Positions 1 through 10,829 of a stretch of DNA of 64,000 bases are shown one piece after another. This stretch comes from Gracilinanus agilis. Its lineage: Eukaryota. The translations under genes were made by a program, and so were the position numbers. The DNA lies in assembly GCF_016433145.1 (NCBI RefSeq), contig NC_058132.1, forward strand, positions 511,654,195-511,718,194. Direction: 5' to 3'. The notes under the pieces are model-generated. The model was not told the DNA's origin, did no database searches, and saw nothing but the letters and a program-made list of their open reading frames with translations. The first letter of the stretch is position 1. Each line of letters opens with the position of its first letter.

Positions 1-49
<49 letters not shown>
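1..49. repeat. (TC)n microsatellite, cut by window edge
   Basis: Direct reading. Confidence 0.98.
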
Positions 50-52
<3 letters not shown>

Positions 53-150
53 GACTATGTCTTCTCCAATGTGGGGAAGGGAGGAAGGGGAGGAGATACC
101 TGGGAATTTAAATTTAACAACAATAAACAAATAAATTAAAAAAAATGAAA
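50..150 (+). mobile_element. Probable L1 3' end (purine-rich 3'UTR plus A-rich tail)
   Basis: GGGGAAGGGAGGAAGGGGAGG followed by AATAAA and an A-rich tail, resembling marsupial L1 ends. Confidence 0.4.
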
Positions 151-224
151 AAAATGTTATGCTTTGAGTCTGCAATTCCCAGAGAATAAAATACTGAGAA
201 GTCACAGTTTTTAAAAGAAGCCAC

Positions 225-395
225 GGACCTATCTGGAGTCAAGAGACATGTAGTTGAGTCATGGTTGTTGTTTCTCAGCTGGGTTACATGAGACCTGTCA
301 CTGCATCTCTCTGGGCTTCAATTTTGTCAATTGAAAAAAGCATAATGAACTTGATGATCTATAAGATCCTTGAAAGATGCATCATTCTGTGACTC
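225..395 (+). mobile_element. Degenerate MIR-type CORE-SINE
   Basis: ctggagtcaag...tctctgggcttcaatttt core-like motifs. Confidence 0.5.
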
Positions 396-1924
396 TGAGA
401 TGTAGTTTAAATGACAATATAACTTAGTTTTTTGAAAAATATTTTAAATATATTGAATTCATTATTTATAATAATTTGGATATGACATATATGATTCTTA
501 TTAAATAAAAATGCCTTCAATGCTGGATCCAACAGACAATTCTTAAAAGTCAAAATATTATTTTGTTAATAGTCAAGAACTTTTAGCAAATTTTAAAATG
601 TTCAACAAATATATTATATAGTTGCTTTGTTCAGAGTACTATTATGGATTAAATTTATCATAAATTTACCTTATTTTAATTATTGCTACTCATTCATAGC
701 TTGTAATTTAAAATTTATAGTATTTGAAAATAGTAAAGTTGAATTTCTTTTAAAGTATTTCACTATCCATATCTTACATAGATTCACATCTAATTTCCCC
801 AACTCCTTTTTTCTTAAACAAATTATTATCTCTGCTTATAATTTAGATGGTGTTGAATCCTGCTTCTTCTAGCAAATTTTTCATCTTTCTAAGATGGATG
901 AGTTCAGCCAGGTACCAAAATGCCAATTAATACAATGAGGCACCCTAGTGGCTTCAAAGAGTTAATACATCTCTCTATTAACTAAAAAGAATCATGTCTA
1001 ATGTTAGAAGTAAAGAAATCAAGAATAATTTACAGAGGGGTGCTAGAAATTTTTCAGCACTATATAATTAAATATTTGAATATTAATAGGATAATGGCAT
1101 GTGAAAAAGGTATAGAAAATTAAGCATTCAGTCATGCTCAGTTTTTAAAGAGCAATTTATCAAGTAACTATTGTATTGGTAGGAACACAGGCAGTACTTT
1201 TCCATACAAATCTAGATTGTTTGAAACCTGAACACTGCCTATAATCATGCTCTAAATAAAAGGATGATAATTATAATGAGGACAAAGAGAACAGTAATGA
1301 TAAAATTAATAAAACATTTCTATTTGAATGGAAAGAAACATAAAATACTTTTATAATAAACATATTTTGTATAGCTATATTGTGTATTTTTCTCTATAAC
1401 ATATTTATACATGTTCCTCAACCCTCTCCACCCACATTCTTTTATTCTATATCTTTATCTTTTCCTTCAAAATCTGATTTTAGGGGTATGGCACATTTGG
1501 TAATGACCTATATTTATGCCTGTATAATCCATCCCTACATTTTACAATATTTTTACAAGACTTAAAGTATATACAGGCATATGTGAGTTTGGGGAGCACA
1601 ACTGTCTCCGCGTAAACTGTATGACTCCTCTGCTTTCTTTTTCAAGTTAGCAAGTGTTCCTCTTCTATGTACCAATCCCAAATGATACCAAACCTCTGAT
1701 ACAATGAGAGTCTATCTCTACCATCAATGAAGAACCCTTCCCCCATCACAGCTCCTTAATCTGCATATAGAAATACTGTTTTGCATATACCCACTGCAAT
1801 TAGAGAATTTGGAAAAACCTGTAAGTCTCCAATTGCACACATTTAATCTGATGGTTTTTGAAAAATGAATGAATGACTTTGAATGAAATTCTATTTTTTA
1901 TTCACATGTGTTTTCTATTTAGAT

Positions 1925-2000
1925 ATAAATATTGTATTATATTTATTATATTATATTATATTATATTATAAATATAATATATATTATAATCATATAATAT
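1925..2000. repeat. (ATATT)n AT-rich low-complexity tract
   Basis: Direct reading. Confidence 0.85.
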
Positions 2001-2279
2001 TGAGATTTGTTTCTATCTGAAAGATTTACACAGAAAATGATAGCTTCTTTAATATAACCTTTGTTATTTGTTCAAATTTATAAAAACATGCACATTTATG
2101 TATATATGTTTATATATGTGTATATATCGTGTACATATATATTTCAAGATATATATGTATTTAGAGAGAGAGAGAGACATATTGAAAAATAATGGCTATT
2201 CTAGGTTGAACTCAGGTAACCTAAATCTAACTTGCATAAACCCTGAATACAGACTAGCATAGCTGTTATTTTTCAGCAT

Positions 2280-2282
<3 letters not shown>

Positions 2283-2321
<39 letters not shown>
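2283..2321. repeat. (CT)n microsatellite
   Basis: Direct reading. Confidence 0.95.
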
Positions 2322-2322
<1 letters not shown>

Positions 2323-3097
2323 ATGCTCTAATGTGTATGTATATATCCTTTCAAAAAGATTTTATTTTAGGAATTCAGTTTCTTTGTAGGCGTGACATAT
2401 TTTTGGACTAATATGGTTTTATATTTCAACTGGGAATTCTTGCAACTTTAAATTAATGATTCACAACAGGTCAAGAGTTCTATTTGCTCAAGGTCACTAA
2501 TATAAAGGGGATGAGGGTGATATTCTGTAGACTACTGCAAAATCTACCAAACTATCTTCCCATATCATAACCATGCAAGAAATTGATTTTTTTTCAAAAG
2601 GATTTGAAAGGTGGGTGGAAAGGATGAATTAGTCACTTACTAAAATTTTATACAAGAAAATAACTTCAGGTAAAAAAATTCAAATATAAAAAAGATAAAG
2701 TAGAATATTTAAATCCAAATAATATTGTTAATTATTAGTAACAACTATTTTGTTCTTTTAGAAGAAATATAATTGCTAATTTTATAATCTTTTAGAAGGA
2801 TAATGATCATGTAAGGAGTTCTCAGAGTCATAACTAAAAATTTTGGAAATGAGTCAAGCAGTACAAATAGTACCCAAGGCAATGAGCATCCAAAAACACC
2901 ATAGCAATTTGGAGTACATAGATTCAAGGCTGCTTGGTCCACCCTTCCCTGTGATGCATATGAAAATGGCTCATCTTTCTTTTTAAACTAATTGTTCATC
3001 ATAACCAGGTGTTAAGGTAAATAGTTTCTTTTTTATTGTTAAATTATTTTTTCAATGAACAAGCTTTATTTTTCTTGCTTTTTCTCCAAACCATTAA

Positions 3098-3225
3098 AAG
3101 GAAGGAAGGAAGGAAGGAAGGAGGAAGGAAGGAAGGAAGGAAGGGAGGGAAGGAGGGAGGGAGGGAAGGAAGAATAGAAGGAAGGAAGAAATGAAGAAAA
3201 AGAAACAAAGAAAGAAAGAAAAAAG
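3098..3225. repeat. (GGAA)n/(GGGA)n/(GAAA)n polypurine tract
   Basis: Direct reading. Confidence 0.95.
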
Positions 3226-3407
3226 AAACATCTTTTATCATATAATTAAAGTCCAGTAAAACAAACTGCTTGGCATATAAGAATTTGGTCACTGTATGTG
3301 AGGATAGAATTGTAACATAGCAAACAGAATGGCTTTAGTGAAGGCCTGATGCCAATTCTGCCATGCCCACAATTCTCCAAATTTCTCCACTTTTCAGCAA
3401 AGCCCAG

Positions 3408-3548
3408 TCTCTCTCTGTGTCTGCCTGTCTGTCTCTGTCTCTGTCTCTCTCTGTCTCTCTCTCTCTCATATTTATGAGAGAGATGTACATCATTATATGT
3501 ATGTGTGTGTATATATATATATGCATATATATATATATATTTATATAT
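3408..3548. repeat. Compound (CT/CTGT)n and (TA/TG)n microsatellites
   Basis: Direct reading. Confidence 0.9.
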
Positions 3549-4329
3549 GTCTGAGAGGCTTATTGATTAATTCTGGCTTAAAGATTTTTCTCTTCCTATA
3601 CCTAATTTTTAACTCTTTTTTCAGCTTACACAAGGAAAACCCAGAACCTCAAATAACCTGTTAGTTTACTAGAACACTGCTTGAGAATACATACATATTC
3701 CCCATATCACAGACCATCACTAAGTACACAAGTCTCCAGTGGGTAATTGGAAAACAGAAGTCTGCTGGATGAGGATGAGCTTGTTTCATGTTCCTCAATT
3801 TTCTCTTCCACCTACTGTGTTAGAGATGGGGAAGTTGCCAATTCATGTCTTCATGAGAAAGTCATAAGGAAGCTCAAAGCAATCTTTTCAATTAAACAAT
3901 GTCTCATAAAAAAGCCCACAGAAGGGAAATATATGTCTTATAATTTCACAGTCAAGATAACAATACTTGAGATTCTAATATGTGTTACAGAATGCTGACT
4001 AACATTACAGTAGGAAAAAAACAATTTGCAAACTCATGTTTCATCCTCACTTTTATACCTTTAAGCTTTATTAAGAGTATTGTCTTTGGAGTTTATACCA
4101 TGAGGTTGCCTTATGACACGGTCTTCCTTTTATTTTCCCAACTAAACGTTCTTGGATAGAGCCAATAAAGATCTTGTCAACTCTTAGGATCTAGGCAAAG
4201 AGTATTCAATTGAGTTATGTGTATACTTAAATTGTAAACAATAATTTTTAGTTAATATTAGCTTAAGATCTACATCTCTGATATTCCTATGTGATATTTG
4301 TGAAAATTATTAATGGTTATTGAGAAAGA

Positions 4330-5010
4330 AACTAAGCAACGACCAATATCTCATAATATATCTAAGACAGGTTCATAAATTTTACATAAAGAGTAGTATA
4401 ATAAAAAAAATTTGGAGGAAAGGAAGAACTTTTAGTTATAGATAGAGGAACAGTTCATAATCAAATCAAAGAAGATGAAATGGGTAATTTCTGACTTATA
4501 TAAAATTAAGGAATTTTATATAAGCAAAATGAATAAAGCTAAAATTAGAGAAGTAGATATATGAGAAGAAAATTTGTGCTTCAAGTTTTAATGATAAAGG
4601 TATGATTTCTGTGAAATATAGGAAACTGACAAATGCATAAGGATAAAAACCATTCTCCAATTTGTAAATGGTCAAAGAATATGGACAGGCAGTTTTACAA
4701 GGAAGAAATTTGAGCTTTCAAGAATCATATAAAAATGCTTTCATTCACTAATAATTAGAGATAGACAGATTAAAGTAAGTCTGTTTTTCCTAATGCCTAT
4801 CTAACACCCAAAGATGATTGAAAAAGGAAAACAGCAAATGTTGGGAGGGCAGTGGAAAAATAGGCACATAAGCTGTGACTTGGAGCAACCATTCCAGATA
4901 GCAATATGGAACTATGCCTCAAAAGTCACTAAACTGTGCAATCTTTGATCCCAAAGTCTCTACTCTAACTTGATCAAAGAAGAAAATAACTCCTTTGTGC
5001 AAAAATAAAC
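4330..5010 (+). mobile_element. Old L1 ORF2 C-terminal fragment
   Basis: Degenerate ORF2 3' motifs: aaatggtcaaagaatatggacaggcagtttt (KW.K.M.RQF), cattcactaataattagaga, tggagcaaccattc...gaactatg. Confidence 0.7.
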
Positions 5011-5781
5011 ATGTGTTAAATTGAATTGTGAGGAAGATATGTTAATATTTGTCATTTACCTCTAAAGAAATATTGGTAGAATTAATGATATTATGGATAA
5101 AGAAATTATTATAGTTCTTTCTGGTAAAGTGATAGAAAAGCTTTTCCTTTGACTCATCCTTCCACTAGATCACCCATAACCCATTCAAAGGGCCAGGGGG
5201 AGAAACTGTGGTAGGCAGTGCTCTATCCAATCTTTTTCCTAATACCCCTTTCCACATTCTCCCTGCTCACCGAATCTTCTCCTTTCTCAATGTGTACCTT
5301 TATGGGAGGAAGCTTAGAATTGACATTCCATTCATGCCCCTCCTATCAATTCTCCCCTTCTCCTGAGTTATAGACTGTTCATACTACTTGACTGAACAGA
5401 AAGGTAGCAACTTTAATCCTCATGGAAAGATGAAGGACCTCCTGGCCTTAGCATCTGTACAATCTCTGGAAAGATCCTCTTGGCTTTACCACTACAATCT
5501 CTAGACTCCCAAGTATTGCTATATGACTTACTGATGTATTTTAAGGATCCTGGATTTGATATCTGCTCCCCCCAGAGCATGCTCCAGAACTTCTGGGATT
5601 TCCCATCTATAATTCAGTTAAAAAAACATATCCTTAGATTAGAATTAGAATTAAATTAGAACATAAGCTGTGGGGGAGGAGGGCCTCTGTCTTGCCTTTC
5701 TGCTTATATCCCTAGTGTTTAGCATAGTGCTTTGCAAATAGTAAGTACTTAATACATATGTTTTTCAACCATCTTCTATCC

Positions 5782-5974
5782 CAGTGATTCCCAAAGTGGG
5801 AGCCACCGCCCCCTGGTGGGTGCTGCAGTGATGGGGGGAGGTGGTAATGGCCACAGGTGCATTTATCTTTCCTATTAATTGCTATTAAAATTTAAAAAAA
5901 TTAATTTCCAGGAGTGCTAAGTAATATTTTTTCTGGAAAGGGGGCGGTAGGCCAAAAAAGTTTGGGAACCACTG
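5782..5974. mobile_element. Non-autonomous hAT (Charlie-type) MITE, 193 bp
   Basis: TIRs CAGTGATTCCCAAA / TTTGGGAACCACTG (13/14). 8-bp TSD TTCTATCC (5774-5781) / CTCTATCC (5975-5982), 7/8. Subterminal inverted repeat ACCGCCCCCT / AGGGGGCGGT. Confidence 0.9.
5807..5819 (-). promoter_or_regulatory. Candidate CTCF site (CCACCAGGGGGCG)
   Basis: 13/13 match to the core of the canonical CTCF consensus TGGCCACCAGGGGGCGCTA. Binding is not demonstrated. Confidence 0.55.
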
Positions 5975-6032
5975 CTCTATCCATTCAACTAAAACAAGTT
6001 GAAATCCAGCAGGAAAAAATTCCAGGTGATTC

Positions 6033-6075
6033 ATGATGATGACAATGATGATGACAATGATGATGATGATGATGA
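6033..6075. repeat. (GAT)n-rich trinucleotide repeat
   Basis: Direct reading. Confidence 0.9.
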
Positions 6076-6569
6076 ACATTCACATTTATATAGCACCTTG
6101 AAGTATCAAGTGCTTTCTTCATAACTTGATGAGGTAAGTAATGCAAGTATTATTACATTTTATAGTTGAGGAAATTGAAGCCCATAAAGGTGAAGTAACT
6201 TGTCCATAATCACCATGTAGTATGGTGAAAGGCAAAAAGTAAACTATTAATAAAGAGGTTTAAAAGACAAAGCATGGTTCATGAAGGTTATAGTTATATG
6301 TCCACAAGTTAATGGAACATAATCACTTTGGGGATGAATTGCTATAATATAGGGAAGTATTAATAAGGAAAAATTAAACACTAGACAAAAAAAAGTTTCT
6401 ACTATATTCAATATTTCCTCAGATTCTTATCTTTAGTATACAGCATACAGTTTTATTCTAATACTTTAAAATTTTCCTAGAAACTCTAATGCTTAGCTAA
6501 TTTCCTATTTTGGCAACATCAACTTTCAAAACTTAAAAATTTTTTTAGAAGAAATAAAACACAGTAATA

Positions 6570-6835
6570 ATAACAATGATGTTAGCTAGCATTTTTATAG
6601 AGCACTCTAAAGTTTACAAAGCACTTCATAAATATAATCTCAATTTTTCCTCACAATAATCCCCAGCAGTAGATACTTTTATTTTATTTTATTTATTATT
6701 TTTCAGTGGAAGAATTTGAGCTAGAGAGAGATTCAGTGACTTGTCTAGAATCATATAGCTAGTCAGTGTTGAAGTCTGAATTTGAACTCAAGTTTTCCTA
6801 ACTCTGGGTTCAGTGCTTTTACTGTATCATTTAGC
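6570..6835 (-). mobile_element. MIR-type SINE
   Basis: Reverse MIR core: agtgacttgtctagaatcatatagctagt...tttgaactcaagt. Confidence 0.7.
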
Positions 6836-6906
6836 ACAATTATTCTACTGCAGTTTTCTTAAAAAAAAAAATAGGCGCAAAGGGGAAATAGTACCCGGCT
6901 TCTTAC

Positions 6907-8109
6907 CTTCGGGTTCCCTTATTTTCCTTCCCGCTGCAGACTTCCGAAGCACACTCCGTCCTGAGTTAAACAGACTGGTTAACTCATCAAGAGGACTAGT
7001 GAGCGGTCTTGAGTTCGGAGGGCTGTATGGTAGAGGAGAGGATGAACTGGAATTGGGTTTCCTGTGCTCAACTTTTGCCACTTTCCCAGGGGAATAGGGC
7101 AGCTGAGAAAATGAGCTGGTAGTAACTGCACCGTGAGTAGAATTTGGTTTCTGAGGTACTTTGGACAACTCGGAATTTGTTACTGCTTTCCCAGTACTAG
7201 CCAGAAATGGAGCATGAGTTTCTGGAGGGAAGGTAAAATGTGTGGAAGGTCTAAAAGCAGCTGGGGGAGGCACTGGAGGAGGTGGGAGAGGGGGAGGAGG
7301 TGGGGTGGAAGGTGGAGAAACTTTGCTGGACACATTAAATATTGTTAGACCAGGGGATGACGGTCTGTCACTGTCACCTTTCTGATTTTTGGAGTACTGT
7401 GGAGACAAGGGACTGGATCCATCTGATTGCACAGGATATTTCAGATTGGTTTCTAGGACAGGAAGCTTTTTGACCTCCAGGGGTGTTAAGGGTGACTCAT
7501 CAGAGGCTGGAGAGCATGTCACTGGGGTTGGAGGAAACACCAAAAGGGGAGGTCTATGAGGAAGCAGATTTGGAAAAGGTGGTGGAATGTCACAAGTATC
7601 TCTGAAGGTCCCTACGGTGTGGCTGCTCATGTCCCCATCTTCACCAGCTAGAGGTTTTCGACAGTCAAAAAACAGTGGTGGGGATCCAGTCACGAGGGGA
7701 ACCATTCCCAAACCACTGTGGCTGCTTTCCTCTGGCAAAAAGTATTTCATTTCTTCATAAACAGACTCTCCTTGATCTGGGCTGTCTGTCTCCATGGAAC
7801 TATTCTTTATGACATTCCCGACCATTTCGATGTATACTGGCTCAGTCTCTTCCTCTTCCTCTTGGGACATATACAAATTGAGGATTCCCTGATGGGGCCC
7901 ATCTGCAGAAGAAGCTCTCTGCATCATCATCATGTCCTGTTGACCTACTTTAGTGACAGCACATAAGTGTTTTGCTTCTCCAGGCTTTTGCGCTGATATC
8001 TCCTCATACGAACCGCTAAGTTTGGTGTTTGGGCTTCTCTTGGGCTTTCGGGGAGGAATCTTTTTCATGGTGCTGTAGTCATCACTGTGTGGCCTAGGTC
8101 GGGTCAACC
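6907..8109 (-). CDS. MYO16: MYO16 large tail exon (1203 nt, 401 codons): NYAP-homology region with YxxM motifs and poly-proline
   Basis: Acceptor ttttctcttccag|GG and donor GAAG|gtaaga; symmetric phase 1-1; contains [58 protein letters not shown] and [21 protein letters not shown], which I recognise from MYO16. Confidence 0.98.
7748..7834 (-). other. MYO16: Two YxxM phosphotyrosine motifs (EPVYIEM at 7823-7834, ESVYEEM at 7748-7759)
   Basis: Read directly from the translation. YxxM is the established PI3K p85 SH2 docking motif of NYAP-family proteins. Confidence 0.9.
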
Positions 8110-8669
8110 CTGGAAGAGAAAAAGAGAGCAAGAGAGTTAAAATGCCACAAATAATTGACAGCTTGTACTATGTGTGGATTGAACTCTTCACAGATCTTAC
8201 TGATTTAAATTCCAATATGTTCCAAACTATATTTCTGTTCTACATTTCAGTTCAGTCTCTTTGGTTCCTAAGCAAAATTCACACTTTATTCTGTGCAAAA
8301 GGAGAATATTGATATTCTCAATATTAAGACCAATATCACTTAATTGTTAGAAGATACGATTCAACGGCTTATCCATGAGAAATTTGCATAATGCAATATT
8401 TGTGTTTGAGTAGGAATGACCATGTCTTTTGCTCAAGGAGAGTTAGTACATTATGTTGAGATAAAATGAACATGATGACACACAGAATAACACTCTATGT
8501 TTAACTGTGATTATCCAGAGAATTTGTCCAAAGTATCTTAGAAACTTAATTTTACTTTTGGTGAATTTTCGTTCAGTTCATTCTCTAAGTTATCATATTC
8601 TTCTTTAAAGATGGCTAAAGTTGAGCACAGGAAGCCAAGTTTCAAAAAATCTTTCTGTAACTAAATGCA

Positions 8670-9200
8670 TTTTCTTGGGAAAAAAGCATATAAACTCTTT
8701 TGTTTGGCATCAAGGGCCCTTCACAATTTGGCCTCAATCTATCTTTTTAAGTTGATTACACATTTCTGTTTATCTCTGCCTCTATTTGTCTCTGTCCCTG
8801 TCACTCTGTCTCTTATACCCTACAATCCAGTCAATCTGTTCTGCTTCCTATACATGATATTTCACTTCTCATTTCCATGTCCTTATATTGTTTGTTTGTT
8901 TTTTACCCATTTTTGGAATACACTACTTTACTTCTTCCTTTTGGAATTTCTGGCTCCCTTCAAAGCTTAATTTAAGACTAAACTTCTACAGATGCTTTTC
9001 CAAATTCTCTAGTTGTTAATTGGGGAATAACTGTGTAATTATTTTGCCTATAACAAGTATTTACATATTAATGGGCACATTGTAGCCATACAATATGATA
9101 TAAGCTCACTGAAGGCAGAGACTAGCTCAGTTTTCAATTTTGTATGCATAAGCTTCATACAGTACTTGAAATAGAAGAAATATTTAATAGACACTTTTTA
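8670..9200 (+). mobile_element. L2 3' fragment
   Basis: aagggcccttcacaatttggcc...tggaatac...cccttcaaagcttaa and an L2-like terminal segment. Confidence 0.55.
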
Positions 9201-9673
9201 ATAAGTGGATCATTGCATTATATGTTCCATATTTTTATAGGCAAAGAAACTTAAGATATCTAGGGGGTAAACTGATTTTTGAGGAGGTCACATAGAAAAT
9301 TACTGACAGGACCAGGGCTAGAGCCCTTCAATAAGTTAACTAGATTGTTCTGATGGGCAAATAAAAGTGACTGAAGTACAAGGAAGGGGAAATGCTTTTA
9401 AGAAACTAACTTTGGTGTCCTTTTTAATGATAAAAATAAGCTAAAAATAATAAGGTATTGATGGGAATAAATAAAGTCTAGTAGAAATAATCAGAAATCT
9501 GAGAGTGATTGAAAAGAAGAAAGAGAAAGAAAGGAAATATATGGCAAAGTAGCATTATATACTTTAGTAATCAATTAGAATCAAAATAAGGTGGCAAAAA
9601 GGAGTTAAGGGAGCAATGAAGATACCTCTGATGTATAGACAAAACAAACACAATAGGCTTTCTTTTTTTTTTT

Positions 9674-9849
9674 AAACCCTTGTACTTCGGTGTATTGTCT
9701 CATAGGTGGAAGATTGGTAAGGGTGGGCAATGGGGGTCAAGTGACTTGCCCAGGGTCACACAGCTGGGAAGTGGCTGAGGCCAGGTTTGAACCTAGGACC
9801 TCCCGTCTCTAGGCCTGACTCTCACTCCACTGAGCTACCCAGCTGCCCC
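9674..9849 (-). mobile_element. Young tRNA-derived SINE (SINE1_Mdo type), full length
   Basis: Head GGGGCAGCTGGGTAGCTCAGTGG (A box), B box GGTTCAAACC, A tail; TSD TAGGCTTTCTTTTT at 9654-9667 and 9850-9863. Confidence 0.93.
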
Positions 9850-10326
9850 TAGGCTTTCTTTTTTGAAGGATGATTTATCTCTTATAAATCTCTTATAAAC
9901 TAGCAATATCTTATTGAATAAAATTACTTTATTAAATAAATATATCCTCTATAATGATAATTGTTTTATATAACATCATGTTATTGTACAAAATTTATTG
10001 AATTTTCAAAATCCTGACTTCCTTCCTTGTTCTGGATTGTTTAGTTACTAGTGCATGTAGAAAGTCTGTTTTGTGAATATCAACTTTTAATATAGTACTG
10101 AATTATTTAACTAAGAGAGTGAAGTTTATTGCTTATTTCAAATAGGACCCCTTAATAGTTAGGGTCCTTCAATAGGATCCTAACAAAAAAGAACTGTCAA
10201 TCTCAAGTTAGTAATGGAAAAGAAAAGTTAGCTTTAAATCAACGGAATTCCTGAGAGAGAACTAGTAAAATGTGGGCATGTCTATAGCAAAAAAAAAAAT
10301 ACTATATTGTTACTTGTTTTTTTTTT

Positions 10327-10448
10327 AAAACCCTTGTACTTCGGTGTATTGTCTCATAGGTGGAAGAGTGGTAAGGGTGGGCAATGGGGGTCAAGTGACT
10401 TGCCCAGGGTCACACAGCTGGGAAGTGGCTGAGGCCGGGTTTGAACCT
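10327..10448 (-). mobile_element. 5'-truncated SINE1_Mdo-type copy
   Basis: Matches the 3' two-thirds of the other copies and starts at the B box; TSD TGTTACTTGTTTTTT at 10308-10322 and 10448-10462. Confidence 0.93.
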
Positions 10449-10781
10449 GTTACTTGTTTTTTGCAATTTCTTTTCGAAAAGTTGATGCTCTATTATTACC
10501 TTCTGACTGGAATGACCAATGTTTAGCAGATGTGCTATAGATTCTATGGAAAGCTTATTATGTGTTGAAATAAAATGATCATAATGCCTCCCTATATTCA
10601 ATTCGGTTTAATGATATATGTTTATTTAGAAATATTAAACTTTACTGATTGATCTGGCTTCAGATGCATTCCAAACCAATCAAGTTCTTTGAAAAAAAAT
10701 TTAGATACTGAGTTTTAATAAAACAACAACAAAAACAAAAATTCAACAACTTCATGAACTCACCAAAGAAGCCAGAATGAT

Positions 10782-10829
10782 GTGATTAACATAGTCATAT
10801 TTGGGTGATTAACATAGTCATATTTGGGT
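10782..10829. repeat. Perfect 23-bp tandem duplication GTGATTAACATAGTCATATTTGG x2
   Basis: Units at 10782-10804 and 10805-10827. Confidence 0.95.

Noticed and set aside
1-6844. Next downstream MYO16 exon (expected GFETNMN...-like)
   Set aside because: No matching peptide with splice sites found on the minus strand; presumably beyond the window start.
7263-7305. G-quadruplex-like G-runs on the plus strand
   Set aside because: Explained by poly-proline codons, and one loop is 16 nt.
6813-7966. Plus-strand ORFs 6813-7097, 7133-7348 and 7718-7966
   Set aside because: Antisense shadows of the MYO16 exon with no independent coding signal.
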